A stretch of 64,000 nt of DNA from Gammaproteobacteria bacterium (GCA_963422205.2 CAXMWX010000005.1:384001-448000), one strand, 5' to 3'; counted from the first letter of the stretch, positions 29,152-40,293 are shown. Notes: generated from the sequence alone by a model not told the origin. Program-made: numbers and translations.

Positions 29152-31761
29152 TTATATTTGAACTCCACGCAGACGAACTTGGAGTTGGTTGCGAATTTCT
29201 TCGTGAATATCGTAGCTAACTTGTTGTTCAAGCCGTAGCGTAAAGGCGATCGCAAAACGAATAACTTCATCTTGGCCAAGACCGCCACCAGAAGCATCTT
29301 TGCACTGCACACGGATCGGAAGTGTAGCATTATCTCCATAATCTGGCACCGAGACTCGCTTGTGGACAAAACGCCGAGACCAAACCGTACCGCGTTTTAG
29401 TAGATCAATGTGTGGTGGGCGTGACCTCATATCGATCCGCCAGGGATTGTCGCCATCCTCAAGGATATCTCCATCTACTGAAATCGCTTCAAGAGCCGCC
29501 AAGCGGTATTTGGCACGCGAAGGATCAACCGGTAAAAACCAGAATAGCGTGACTAACATTGAGCGATGGACTCTGTCTCCCGACATAGAGTGCGGAAGAT
29601 GCATATCGAATATTCTCGCTTCATCTTTTCTGATAGAACCAAGGCCAACTAAAGTGACGCCGTTCCGCGGTCCTTCCAGCATGTGAATCGGCTCAATAAG
29701 CCCGTGCCCGAAATATCGAGCGACTTCCTCTCCCGCCTGGCGAAATCTGCGGCCACTCGGTCGCTGCTCGGATGTATACATCTGATTAGCGGTATCAGGC
29801 CATCTTGATGCGTTGATAGCTAAGGCGCGGGTCAAAAGCGCGAGATTCTCGCGCGACAACTCTGCCCCTTCATAAGGACCATTCTAACTGGTCAGTGCGG
29901 CAGCCGCATTAAGGGCGAAACGGGTCATAAGTGCCGTGGCGCAGCTCGTACCTCGTGAACGAGCGATAGATGCACCACCTCCGCGAGCGGCGGCAACATT
30001 CAGGCCAGTACGATATGATTGGCGCGCAACGTGCAACTTTAGGTCATCTCCCATCGGATGGAGACGGATATCGTGATGGCCGCCTGGAACGACGATGTCA
30101 GGCTTAATTGAGCGAAATGGCCCGAGACCAATGACAGAGTAAATAGCCGGGACAACGTCCCCATCATCATGAAGTTCAACAGTTCCATAGGGTGCTGGCA
30201 ATACCGGCGGCGACAAATCCATTGACACAGCCGAGACGGTTAGTCCGTTCATCGCTTCCGCTGGTGCAAGCAATGTACGCATATGTCTCTGATGACGCAG
30301 CGCGTTTCTAACAAGTGTTTGCCGATCTTGGAGGGTCGCATCTTCAAATTCACTCATAGTCATGTTAGGGATCGTAAGATCGTCGAGAATATTTCCCGAA
30401 GAGATAACGAAGAGGATACCAGCTTTCCATGCCCACCAATCAAGAAGCCGGGCGAGAGCAGTTATACGACCGGCAAAATGCGAATTGCGTACACCGATCG
30501 AAAAATTGACAACAAAGGCATCAGGCGCAAGCGGATTGTTGCCACCATAGGCACGTTGCAACACGGTATGAACGACATCAACAAAGAGGTGGTCACCCGG
30601 CGATGTGGCTCCTCCCTCGAAATCAATGAGAACCGGAATGGAAAGGAGGCGGGTATCGGCAACAGCTGCTCCGTCGCTCAGAAGATCACCTCGCAAGATA
30701 AGAGAGGCCATTTCTGTGGCATGGCGTCTATTCTCAACAGCTGAACGCCCAACTAAGTCTAGAACATCTTCGATCACAACGGCGCCATCAAGGGCTGCAT
30801 GCCCGGCAACAGGTGTGCCATCAAGTAGCAACGCACGAAACGGTCTCGTTGGTTCGAATGCTTCGCGGTTGTTGCTGAAAGTGAGATCGATTGGTGATGA
30901 TTGGTCGGGGAACGATTGTGCAATGGTTTAGGGAAGTACAAATTGCAGCCCATCCAATGTCGCCAAGCCTTCTGGTGCTGACGGATTTTGCAATAGCATT
31001 CGAACAGAAGCAGCGCTTAAATCTACCAATAATGCCTCGTATACAAAGTTCCCCTCTTCAATAGTGCTATGATTGACAACCCGCCCTTCAAGAGCGGCGA
31101 TGCGTGCTTCAGATTCATGCCGCCAACGATTTCGCTTCGCACTATCCCGTGTCGGCCAAATCTCAAGTTCAAGACGTACTTCGTCATCATCTTCAGGCGG
31201 CAGTCTTTCTTCAATAGCTGATATGCTGTCTGATGAGAGCCTGTCCTCTGGCCCCCAGGCTCGAAGTTCGGAAAGCATATCGAACATATTCCACCAAGGG
31301 GCATAACCGGTGTCGGCCTTGGTACCGCGCTGATGGGTACGCCAGAGACGAAGTAACTGTTCAAGCGCTTCTTGAGTGGGTAGAGTAGCGTAGAACATGG
31401 AGCGAACCATATTGATATTTTCTACAATAAAACCATCGGGCAGTTCGTAATTCTCACCAAGCTCAAATTCGCCAAGAACCTCAAGTCCCGCTGATTGTGC
31501 TGCACGAATAAAATTACTGATTGGCACTGCGGTGACAAAGACAAGTGCCCGTTCCGGAGCAATCCCGACAGGATCCTGGCGTAGTTCAAGTGCAGCGTCT
31601 TCATCTGAAAAAGCAGCCTCAAGCCGATCAAATTCGCGGCGAAAACGCTCACCTTGTGCTGCACGACCGACAGACCGTGGTCGTGGGAAGTTAGCAGGTT
31701 GTCCGCGTTGTCGCTGGGCTGGTCGGGAATCAGGAAATCGTAGAATCGGGCGCTCGGTCAT
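29152..31761 (-). pseudogene. ietS: S8 subtilisin-like protease (IetS-like) with two in-frame stops
   Basis: Three ORFs in one frame; LLDG, HATEMASLI, VNFSIG, IKPD, GTSCAT; stops at 30928 and 29884. Confidence 0.8.
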
Positions 31762-32794
31762 CGGCGATATATTGTGCTTGTTGTACCGTTTGAGCCGCCC
31801 ATGCTTTCACCCGGTCATTGACCAAAGTACGAAATGTCACACTACCTTGGGCAAGTGCTTTTCGGCGATGAATATCGTGAAAGAAGCCTTCTGCTTCAGA
31901 AAAATTCTAAGGTGATACGGCGGCACGAAGCCGTTTGGCGGTATAACCAGATCTTTCGTTAAACTTGCGGAGCTTTTGCGTAAAATATTTAGTCATCTGC
32001 TCATCACTCGGCCGCCCCAGTTCCAGTTTTATTTCAAACCGTCTCCAACTGGCGCGGTCCAACAGTTCCGGATGGTTGGTCGCTGCAACCAAGACACAAT
32101 AGGAAGGCAGGTCATCAAGCTGCAACAACAGTGTTGTGACGACCCGCTTAATCTCCCCGGTTTCGTGGGGGTCGCCACGTTCCTTGCCGATCGCATCAAA
32201 CTCGTCAAAAAACAGCACAAAAGGTTCAGTTCGAACGAAATCGAAGAGTCGGCGAAGCCGTTGGGCGGTTTCTCCGAGGTAACTCGTAACGACTGCATCA
32301 TAGCGGACGATAAAAAGCGGCAGGACCAACTCATAAGCAAGACTCTCAGCCAGAGATGTTTTGCCGTTGCCCGGCGGACCAACAAGCAACAAACGATGCC
32401 GCGGCTCAAACCCATGAGTACGCAAAACATCAGCCCGGCGCTGTTCCTCAATCAATTCTTGTGCGGCTATCCGGTTGTATTTTTCGAGAAAGAACGTAGA
32501 GAGCGGCCGGTCGGGATGTCGGCGCTGTATTCCACCCGACCCATCGCGCATGCGTAGACCGCCAGCAGCACGCGCCTGCACATTTCCCCCGTTCTTAGAG
32601 GGCGCGGCAAGTGCTTTAGCGATGCGCTTGGCAACGCCTGTATGTTTCTTGGCACATTCATCGACCGCGATGGCCTCAGCGGTTACCCGAACAGAATCCT
32701 GGTCGCCAGTCACACCAGCTCTCACAAGCTCAATAATAAGATCACTACGCACCGTGTTACCCCCTGTCGATTTAGATGCCCATTCTATTGTCAC
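31730..32794 (-). pseudogene. ietA: AAA+ ATPase (IetA-like) with premature TAG at 31907
   Basis: GPPGNGKT, SYLGET, FFDEFDAIGKER, AATNHPELLD; frame continues to 31730. Confidence 0.8.
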
Positions 32795-33009
32795 CTATTT
32801 CCAAATTATAAGCTGATATGTAAAAATATCATCTGATTTCTAGATTTTCGCACTGATTTATCGAATAAGTCGGTGAATGTGAACTTTACTCTACTGTGCA
32901 TTGGTGCGTTGAAGGAGTTGATAGCCTACCAGATAAATCCTTTGAAACAATCCATATTGGAAGCTGTTTAGCAAGCTATATTCATTTAATGGTAACGAAT
33001 GAGGTGAGA

Positions 33010-33980
33010 CTATCCCAGCCGTTCAGCGATCTCAGTTGGTGTCGGATTATAGTAAATCATCAACGAGCGGGGATCACGATGTCCCACCATCCTGGCTAAA
33101 TCCAGCACATCCAGCTTCCTTGCTAACCGGGTCAAGGCTTCATGCCGGCTGTCATGGAAGGTCAGATTCTCAATACCCGCCAACCTGACCGCTTTGCGAA
33201 AATAAATGGCCCCGCTTTCCTGGGGTACAGAGAACACATTGCCCGACTTTTTAGGCTGAAGTTCCTGTAGCAATGTAATCGCCTTGCTTGATTGGGGGGA
33301 CATGGCGGCTGCTGCCGTTCTTGGTGTCATGCAGGGTAAGGTAGCGGCCAGTAAAATCAATATCCGACCAGTCCAATCCCCATATCTCGCCTTGACGCAT
33401 GGCTGTCTCCAGGGCAAGCAAAAACGCATAACCGGTCTGCTTTCGGGCTGTCAGGCCGCCATCCTCATCAAAATATAACGCCTGTAGTAGCTTGTCGATC
33501 TCAACCTTGGATATGCGCCGCTCCTTGGGCGGCGTAGCCTTCGGGCGCTTGCATTCCTTACAGGGATTGACCTTACATCCATTTCCACTTGACACAGTGG
33601 GTGAAAATGGAAGACAAGAGATTCAAGTCACGGTTGATTGTGCTGGCCGAAGTCGTTTGTTCAGCAATCCATCGGTCAATATCCGCCGTGGTCAACTGCT
33701 CCAACATGACATCAGCCAAGGGGTCACGCCGGTGTTTGTTGATGCGTATCCTGTCCCAGCGTTCGCTTTTCCTACCCTTGGACACCTCAACTTCATACCG
33801 GTTAAGCGCATCTAAAAAAGTCTTGCCTTGAATGATACCCTGCTCATCGACAAGAGACTGCTCCGTCTCCATCGCCCAGTTCAGTGCAGTTACCTTGGTA
33901 GCAAAAGTTTTGGATTTGTAGAAGCCTTTTTTGCGAACTTCTGCAAACCAGCGTTTACCATACTTGCGGATACTAGCTAT
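33010..33980 (-). pseudogene. Phage-type (Rci/HP1-like) tyrosine integrase with start lost (ATA) and two frameshifts
   Basis: ASIRKYGKRWFAEVRKKG, STINRDL, ALETAMRQGEI, TKNG, FHDSRHEA, GHRDPRSL..YYN. Confidence 0.9.
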
Positions 33981-33990
33981 GCCTACCTCG

Positions 33991-34030
33991 TTCGTAAATC
34001 TATTCGTAAAATATTCGTAAATTTTACGAA
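33991..34030. repeat. Three direct and one inverted TTCGTAAA repeats (probable integrase arm-type sites)
   Basis: Copies at 33991, 34003 and 34014; inverted at 34023; between tRNA and integrase. Confidence 0.6.
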
Positions 34031-34142
34031 AAAAGTACGTATTAGAGCAAGATTACGTGAAAACCAAGGAAGGCAAGACTGCTATAACAGTATGATAATG
34101 CGAAATAAATCCCGTTTAGGTACGGTTAGGTGAGACAGTGGT

Positions 34143-34218
<76 letters not shown>

Positions 34219-34221
34219 AAA

Positions 34222-34485
34222 TGAATGACTTTCTTTTCTCCCAGTATGCTTTTGTTTTTCTGTCTTTTGCCCTGGCGGCCATCATATCAGTCGCTATCTT
34301 GCTCGCAGGGACCCCCGTAATATCGGCCACCTTCATACAGGTTTCCGGGTCGGATTGTGCTGCGTTTTTTCTGTACATGCAAGCTGTAGCGCCTGTTACT
34401 TTTAGTGCCCTGGTGCCCTCTGCATTTGTTGTTAGTTGTTTGATTTTCTTTCAGCTGCGTGTGTTTTTAACTGAATGCTTCCATG
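34222..34485 (-). pseudogene. Remnant of phage repressor-like gene (DUF3693/inovirus-type)
   Basis: DPETCMKVADITGVPASKIATDMMAARAKDRKTKAYWEK. Confidence 0.5.
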
Positions 34486-34531
34486 CTGACGATGATGTTA
34501 TTATCAGCCGGGCAGACCTTCTATATATACT

Positions 34532-34831
34532 GTGAGTTATGAGGCCATCGCTTTTGATACCTTGAAGTTTGTCCAACGACTGGCGCAGGCGGTCATGTTT
34601 GCAGAAGCACAAAAAGTGGTCCTTGCCGAGGCACTGGATGACCAGGTCGCCACCAGGGCAGATATTCATCGCCTGGAACACGGTCGGGATAAATTGAGAG
34701 CGGAATTGAAAACCGATATTCACGATCTAAGGGCCGAGCAACGCCTGATGGGGTGGATGTTAAGTGTCACTCCCCTGCTTTTCTTTGCCACACCCTCCAT
34801 GGTCGCCCCCATCGTGTTGCAGAGGCCATAG
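34532..34831 (+). CDS. DUF1640/CCDC90-like coiled-coil protein with C-terminal TM (possibly degraded)
   Basis: IAFDTLKFVQRL...ATRADI...LMGWML. Confidence 0.7.
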   Translation: MSYEAIAFDTLKFVQRLAQAVMFAEAQKVVLAEALDDQVATRADIHRLEHGRDKLRAELKTDIHDLRAEQRLMGWMLSVTPLLFFATPSMVAPIVLQRP

Positions 34832-34951
34832 GGCGGTGCGGGTTACTGCGCCGCTTACCACCCAGTCGCCCTTTATATCCACCAGAATTTAGACTATAGT
34901 CCAAGCTGGAGCCAACATAACATACTCAACGCAACGAATGACCCCTAACCA

Positions 34952-35401
34952 ATGACAAGAAACAGGAATAGTGCCATGAAACATGCTCGTTCAAATACAG
35001 GTTTTACGCTGGTGGAACTGATGGTCGTGATCGCCATTTTAGGCATCATCATGGGCATCGCCATCCCCAGTTACTCCGGCTATGTGATCAAGGCCAAGCG
35101 CTCCGAGGGACGGCGTGCCCTTCTGGATGTCGCCGCCCAACTTGAGCGGTACTACTCCGACAACAATGTCTTCGCCACGGCGGCCAACACCCTGCCCGCG
35201 AGTATTCAAACCAAAATCGGTGGTGCAGCCTATTCTGAACTGTACACCATCACCGTAGCAACAGCCGATCCCTACCAAGCCTTTACTCTGACGGCGACCC
35301 CACAATTTGATGATGATGGCTGCGCTTGCTACACCTACACCCATGCTGGCGCTAAGGGGATCTGCCCCGGCTCAGAGAAGAGCCTTGATGCCTGCTGGTA
35401 A
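34952..35401 (+). CDS. pilE: Type IV minor pilin PilE
   Basis: GFTLVELMVVIAILGI...PSYSGYVIKAKRSEG...QLERYY. Confidence 0.9.
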   Translation: MTRNRNSAMKHARSNTGFTLVELMVVIAILGIIMGIAIPSYSGYVIKAKRSEGRRALLDVAAQLERYYSDNNVFATAANTLPASIQTKIGGAAYSELYTITVATADPYQAFTLTATPQFDDDGCACYTYTHAGAKGICPGSEKSLDACW

Positions 35402-35429
35402 CTGATGCCCCGCTGCTCTGAATATCACC

Positions 35430-36167
35430 ATGCTGGTTCGGGCTTGCTTCTCCTGCCTGCTCTGTTGCCTGCTGTTGTCAGGCTGCCTGAAAAAGCAGGA
35501 TCCCAACACCACCGATCAGACTAACAAGACACAACATGTCATCGTTGCTGATGGCCGCGCAATAAAATACCCCCTGCCAAGGCGGGAATACCGCTTGTTA
35601 TTCCGCAAAATGCTGGCTGGCGCGGCAACGCTGGCCGAGACCCGTACCGCTCTGACCGATCCGAACCTGCGTGCGCTCACCAATACCGTCAACGCCCTGT
35701 ATGCGATGGCCTGGCATCGTGGCGTGCTCTATCTCATGCGCGATATCTGGCAACTGAATAAAGAAAAATACCCGGAGTTGAACTGGGCGCTCCTGGAGCG
35801 ACCGCCAGTACGCCTGGCGTTGGCGAATGTGATCAACCGGCTGCAAACCGATGATCAAAACCCGCAGTTTCTGGACTACATCCGCCGCTTTCAGCAGGAT
35901 GCGAACGACTTCAACCGCGCGCAGGCCATCATCGCGCTGGGCTATCACGGCGATGTGGCCGATATTGATTACATCCGCTCCCATGTCGATAACAAGAACC
36001 CCTACCTCACGCAGACGGCGGTTACCGCGCTGGCGCTGATGCAAAACGAGCAGGCCCGGCAGGTGCTGCTGGCACTTGAGAAGGAATATACCGGCCAGCC
36101 ACTGGGCACCCTCATCCATGACATGCTGGAAGAAGCCTACGGACAGCCGCCAGCACCTCGCACCTGA
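35430..36167 (+). CDS. HEAT-repeat lipoprotein
   Basis: LLLSGC lipobox; RAQAIIALG and QTAVTALA repeats. Confidence 0.7.
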   Translation: MLVRACFSCLLCCLLLSGCLKKQDPNTTDQTNKTQHVIVADGRAIKYPLPRREYRLLFRKMLAGAATLAETRTALTDPNLRALTNTVNALYAMAWHRGVLYLMRDIWQLNKEKYPELNWALLERPPVRLALANVINRLQTDDQNPQFLDYIRRFQQDANDFNRAQAIIALGYHGDVADIDYIRSHVDNKNPYLTQTAVTALALMQNEQARQVLLALEKEYTGQPLGTLIHDMLEEAYGQPPAPRT

Positions 36168-36531
36168 TCAGCCACGCCGGCCACGCTGCCTGTCGGTAAG
36201 CGCCAGCCCTGCCTTCAGGCAAACCCTCAAAATGCGATAACAAGACACGCCCATGAACACCGCCAGCAGCCGGTTTTGCCCTTAGCTTGCAGTGCAGGGG
36301 CGTCAATGCACACGCCCCTCGCCGATTTCAGCACAGCACAACGATGGCATGACCCCCGCACTCAGCCCACCCTAAAGTGCCCGCCACCCGTACCTGCCGC
36401 TTATCGGCCCCATGTCGCCGCTTGTCGGTAAACGCTGAACACGGCTTCATTTTCAGGCGAAATCAGCGCACAATCAGTAACGACTTGATTTTTAGCCTGT
36501 GCTTGCAGCACGTATGCTGTAAACTGCGCCC

Positions 36532-37083
36532 ATGAAGACAAACAACCGCGGTTTTACCCTGATTGAAATGATGGTGACCATCGTCATCGCCGGCATACTC
36601 ATGGCCATCGCCATCCCCAATTTCAGAGTAGCCCAGCGCAATAACTGCATGACCACCAGCGCCAACTTGCTGGTTGCCAGCCTGCAATATGCCCGCAGCG
36701 AGGCGATTAAACGCCGTCAGGATGTCATGGTCACGGCGGGGGCAGAGTTGGGCGTGCCGCCGGCCGACTCAGACAACGAATGGGGCGGCGGCTGGTATGT
36801 TTGGACTGAGGCCAGGCAGGCCGATAACACCCTGGCCAGCGATGGATATACGGCTGGCGATGAGTTACGCATCACCACGCCCAACTGTGCACCACAGATG
36901 GATCACCCAAGCGGTGGCAATGAGTTTACCTACAAGCCGAATGGCTTTGTGGGCGATGGCGCAGATGACGATATCGAAGTGTGCATGGACAAAACCGGTG
37001 AGCGTGGCCGGGTCTTGACCGTCAGCAGAACAGGACGGCCAAAGGTGGAAAGTGATAATGATATATGCGACCCCTCACCATGA
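36532..37083 (+). CDS. fimT: FimT/FimU/GspH family pseudopilin
   Basis: GFTLIEMMVTI, LQYARSEAIKR, WGGGWYVW, VSRTGRP. Confidence 0.9.
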   Translation: MKTNNRGFTLIEMMVTIVIAGILMAIAIPNFRVAQRNNCMTTSANLLVASLQYARSEAIKRRQDVMVTAGAELGVPPADSDNEWGGGWYVWTEARQADNTLASDGYTAGDELRITTPNCAPQMDHPSGGNEFTYKPNGFVGDGADDDIEVCMDKTGERGRVLTVSRTGRPKVESDNDICDPSP

Positions 37084-37553
37084 GCAAGCGTCCTGAACCA
37101 CTCGTCAATAGCAGCGGCTTCAGCCTCATTGAGGTGTTGATCACCCTGCTCATCCTGGCCATAGGATTGCTCGGCATCGCCGCCCTGCAATACCGTGGCC
37201 TGCAATACAGCCACGATGCCTATCTTCGCAGTCAGGTGAATATCCTGGCCTATGACATTGCGGATCGGATGCGGCTTAACCGCGCCAGTGCCCCGGCGTA
37301 TGCGACCGCGGTGACGAACTACGCCGTGCCGGTCAGCCGTCCGGGCGGCTGCACCTTGACCGGATCAGGCTCGGCCCAGGATGTGGACAATGATGTCACC
37401 TGCTGGCAGCAGCAACTGTATGACGCCCTGCCGCCGGGCAGCACGGCGAATATAGAGCGCACCGATGCGACCAGGGAGATTTATGAGGTCACGCTGGCCT
37501 GGACTGACCGCGATGGCACCCAGCACAATGTCGCCTATTCATTCGGGCCATAG
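37080..37553 (+). CDS. pilV: Type IV pilus modification protein PilV
   Basis: GFSLIEVLI...GLLGIAALQ...RSQ..LAYDIADRMRLN. Confidence 0.92.
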   Translation: MSKRPEPLVNSSGFSLIEVLITLLILAIGLLGIAALQYRGLQYSHDAYLRSQVNILAYDIADRMRLNRASAPAYATAVTNYAVPVSRPGGCTLTGSGSAQDVDNDVTCWQQQLYDALPPGSTANIERTDATREIYEVTLAWTDRDGTQHNVAYSFGP

Positions 37554-37574
37554 CACAGCACAAGAGAGATCATC

Positions 37575-37751
37575 ATGGCCGAGCAGAACGAGGCATTAAG
37601 CAGCGAGCGGATCCAGGCGGAGATAGCCAGGCTCATCGCCGAGACCAGCAAGATCAACTCAGAGAACAAATATTATCCCATCGTCATTACCGCATCGGCG
37701 ACCCTGGCGGTGGTTGGCACGGTGGCCGCCGCCGTTAAGTTTTGGCTGTGA
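37575..37751 (+). CDS. 58-aa tail-anchored coiled-coil protein, paralog 1 (absent from ORF track)
   Basis: MAEQNEALSSERIQAEIARLIAETSKINSENKYYPIVITASATLAVVGTVAAAVKFWL; homologous to ORFs at 39388-40293. Confidence 0.85.
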   Translation: MAEQNEALSSERIQAEIARLIAETSKINSENKYYPIVITASATLAVVGTVAAAVKFWL

Positions 37752-37765
37752 AGGAAGAGATCATA

Positions 37766-38860
37766 ATGCACAATACAAACCCACGCCCCAACCTCATGCG
37801 GGCCCGGCCCTTAACCCACCGTCGACATTCACACTGCCATAGACAAACCCAAGCCGGTTTCTCGATTGTGGAGTTGATGGTGGCGATGACCATCTCGATC
37901 ATCCTGCTCACCGGCACTGCCGGGCTGTTCATCAGTAACAAGCGCATCTATCGAGAGCAGGATGAATCGGCCATATTGCAGGAGAATGGCCGCTTCGCCA
38001 TGCAGGTGCTCTACGATAATATCCGCATGGCCGGCTACTTCGGCTGCTCCGATAATACGCTGAATATCAAGAATAACATCTCGTCCAACTTGTCCAACTA
38101 TAGCCAGCTGTATGATCTGCGCTATCCCGTTGAGGGCGTATCCAAGACCGGCAGCACGACCATAACATGGCAGCCCTCAGGCAGCGATCAGGCAATAGCC
38201 GACATCAAAAACGGCACCGATGCCATCACGGTGCGCTACTTCCGTGGTGCATCATACAGGTTGACAGAAGATATGCCCTACCAGGACGCCGCCATTAAGG
38301 TGGATCGCAATGCCACATTGGGCGCTCGCGAGGTGCTGGGCATTTCAAACTGCGCTGGTGGCGATGTCTTTATAAGCAGTGGTCAGGGGGCCAGCGGGCA
38401 GAGCAAAACCTTATCGCATGCCGCCGGCACAAACACCAGCAACAAGTTAAACCGCACTTACAACGAAGGTGCCGAGGTGGCCAGATTCATCAGTCGCCGC
38501 TTCTACATTGATGTTGATAATGATGGTGTGCCGTGGCTGGCCTACACTGGCACCGATGACAGTGATCTCTATGAGCAGGTCAAGCTGATTGACGGCGTGG
38601 AGGACATGCGGCTGCTCTATGGCGAGGATACCAACTCGGATCAGATCGCCGATGAGTTCAGGGCAGCTGGTGATGTGGCGAATTGGGAGAATGTCGTCAG
38701 CGTCAGGGGATCCCTGCTGCTGCGTACACCAGAAGAAAACCCGGATGTGGAGAACAACCAGACCTATCACCTGCTGGATAAAACCATCACGGCACCGGGC
38801 GATGGCTACCGCCGCCGTGTGTTCACCACCACCATCCTCATTCGTAACCGAGACACATAG
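37766..38860 (+). CDS. pilW: Type IV minor pilin PilW
   Basis: GFSIVELMVAM, LQENGRFA, RMAGYFGC, LIDGVEDMRLLYGEDT. Confidence 0.92.
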   Translation: MHNTNPRPNLMRARPLTHRRHSHCHRQTQAGFSIVELMVAMTISIILLTGTAGLFISNKRIYREQDESAILQENGRFAMQVLYDNIRMAGYFGCSDNTLNIKNNISSNLSNYSQLYDLRYPVEGVSKTGSTTITWQPSGSDQAIADIKNGTDAITVRYFRGASYRLTEDMPYQDAAIKVDRNATLGAREVLGISNCAGGDVFISSGQGASGQSKTLSHAAGTNTSNKLNRTYNEGAEVARFISRRFYIDVDNDGVPWLAYTGTDDSDLYEQVKLIDGVEDMRLLYGEDTNSDQIADEFRAAGDVANWENVVSVRGSLLLRTPEENPDVENNQTYHLLDKTITAPGDGYRRRVFTTTILIRNRDT

Positions 38861-38881
38861 CCACATCATGAGGCAAGCAAC

Positions 38882-39343
38882 ATGAACAGCACAGCAAGCA
38901 AGCAATTTCACCAACGATTTAACACGCAATCCGGGGCCGCCCTGGTGACCGCCCTGATGTTTCTGGTCATCCTCACCATGCTGGCCTTATCGTCCATGAC
39001 CAGCACCACACTGGATGAGAAGATGGCGGCCAATTCCGTTGAGATGAACCGCGTATTCCAGGCCGCCGAGACCGGCTTGAGCATGGCCATGAACGATGCC
39101 CGGTCCTTTATCACAGGCAATACCGAGACCAGCCCCCATGAAGTGGACAATATCGCCATCGGTGCCTTAACGATCGAGTATCGCTCGGTTTATCGCCAGC
39201 AGACCATCCCGCCCCGCCAGTCGGGTTTTGAGGCTGGCACGGCGGCGGCCTACCACTTTGATCTGAAATCAGAGGCCGCCAGCCCGGCCAGCGCCACCAC
39301 CACCTTGAATCAGGGCGCCTACCAGATCGGGCCTAAAGACTGA
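38882..39343 (+). CDS. pilX: Type IV minor pilin PilX
   Basis: QSGAALVTALMFLVILTMLA...EKMAAN...FQAAE. Confidence 0.92.
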   Translation: MNSTASKQFHQRFNTQSGAALVTALMFLVILTMLALSSMTSTTLDEKMAANSVEMNRVFQAAETGLSMAMNDARSFITGNTETSPHEVDNIAIGALTIEYRSVYRQQTIPPRQSGFEAGTAAAYHFDLKSEAASPASATTTLNQGAYQIGPKD

Positions 39344-39387
39344 TTATCAGCCATGTAGACTGCAAGCCCCTGTGTGAGGATACAGTC

Positions 39388-39582
39388 ATGAGTGCAAACT
39401 TCGATCAAGATACCCAACTAACCCACGATAAGATTCAGGCCGAGATAGCGAAGATCTTTGTTGAGATAGAAAAGATGCGGGCAGAGACAACCAAAATCAA
39501 TTCAGAAAACCGCTACTACCCCATCATCATCACGGCAACCGCAATGCTGGCACTTGTGGCGGTGGTGAAGCTGTTTTTATAG
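39388..39582 (+). CDS. Small tail-anchored coiled-coil protein, paralog 2
   Basis: MSANFDQDTQLTHDKIQAEIAK...YYPIII...VVKLFL. Confidence 0.85.
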   Translation: MSANFDQDTQLTHDKIQAEIAKIFVEIEKMRAETTKINSENRYYPIIITATAMLALVAVVKLFL

Positions 39583-39701
39583 TGAGAGTTACCGAGAACA
39601 ACAGACACAATACGACATCATATTGATGAGACTTAAGATAAAACTGGAATAAAACTGATGCAGCCATTTAGAACGCAAGCCTTTGTGTTAAGGATACAGT
39701 C

Positions 39702-39917
39702 ATGAGCGCAAACTTTGATCAAGATACCCAACTAACCCACGATAAGATTCAGGCCGAGATAGCCAAGCTGATGGCAGAGACAGCCAAGATTAACGCTGAA
39801 TACCAAAGCTATCCTATTGTGATTGAAAAACTACGCAGGGAAACCGTGATGTATCCGTTTATTGTCGGTGCCTCGGTGACACTCGCCATTGTGGCGGTGG
39901 TGAAGCTGTTTTTATAG
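39702..39917 (+). CDS. Small tail-anchored coiled-coil protein, paralog 3
   Basis: Same N-terminus; MYPFIVGASVTLAIVAVVKLFL. Confidence 0.85.
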   Translation: MSANFDQDTQLTHDKIQAEIAKLMAETAKINAEYQSYPIVIEKLRRETVMYPFIVGASVTLAIVAVVKLFL

Positions 39918-40035
39918 CGGGTGTTACCGAGAACAACAGGCGCAATACGGCATCACATTGATGAGACTTAAGATAAAACTGGAATAAAACTGATAGGGCC
40001 ATTTAGAACGCAAGCCCTTGTGTGGAGATACAGTC

Positions 40036-40293
40036 ATGAGCGCAAACTTTGATCAGGATACGCAACTAACCCATGAAAAGATTCATGCGGAGATAGCCAG
40101 GCTGCTCGCCGAGATCAGCAAGATCAGCACGGAGAATAATAAAATCAGTGCTGAGACAATGCGGATCAATGCTGAAACCAGCAAGATCAGCGCTGAGATC
40201 AGAAAAATCGGCGCGGAAACCACCAGGATCAACATCATCATCACGGCAACGGCAACGCTGGCGATCGTCGGCATCGCCAAATTTTTTCTCTAA
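40036..40293 (+). CDS. Small tail-anchored coiled-coil protein, paralog 4, with expanded heptads
   Basis: AEISKIS TENNKIS AETMRIN AETSKIS AEIRKIG AETTRIN followed by TM. Confidence 0.85.
   Translation: MSANFDQDTQLTHEKIHAEIARLLAEISKISTENNKISAETMRINAETSKISAEIRKIGAETTRINIIITATATLAIVGIAKFFL

Larger units (their letters stand above)
1..34142. mobile_element. Decaying ICE/genomic island with type IVB (Dot/Icm-like) relics and toxin cargo, ending at the tRNA-Thr 3' end; left boundary outside window
   Basis: Integrase next to tRNA 3' end; topB, DotD-, IcmS-, IcmV- and PilV-like genes; many TA genes and pseudogenes; visibly more AT-rich than the core genes to the right. Confidence 0.8.
39345..40293 (+). 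repeat. Tandem triplication of a ~314-334-bp unit (intergenic region plus small gene)
   Basis: Shared gatacagtcATGagygcaaacttygatca; shared spacer ttgatgagacttaagataaaactggaataaaactgat. Confidence 0.92.

Noticed and set aside
16766-31909. Stop-codon recoding suggested by repeated in-frame TAGs (NTase, pentapeptide, ietA, ietS)
   Set aside because: In-frame TAA stops and frameshifts also occur, and intact genes such as pilV, pilW and proB end in TAG; ordinary pseudogenisation explains it
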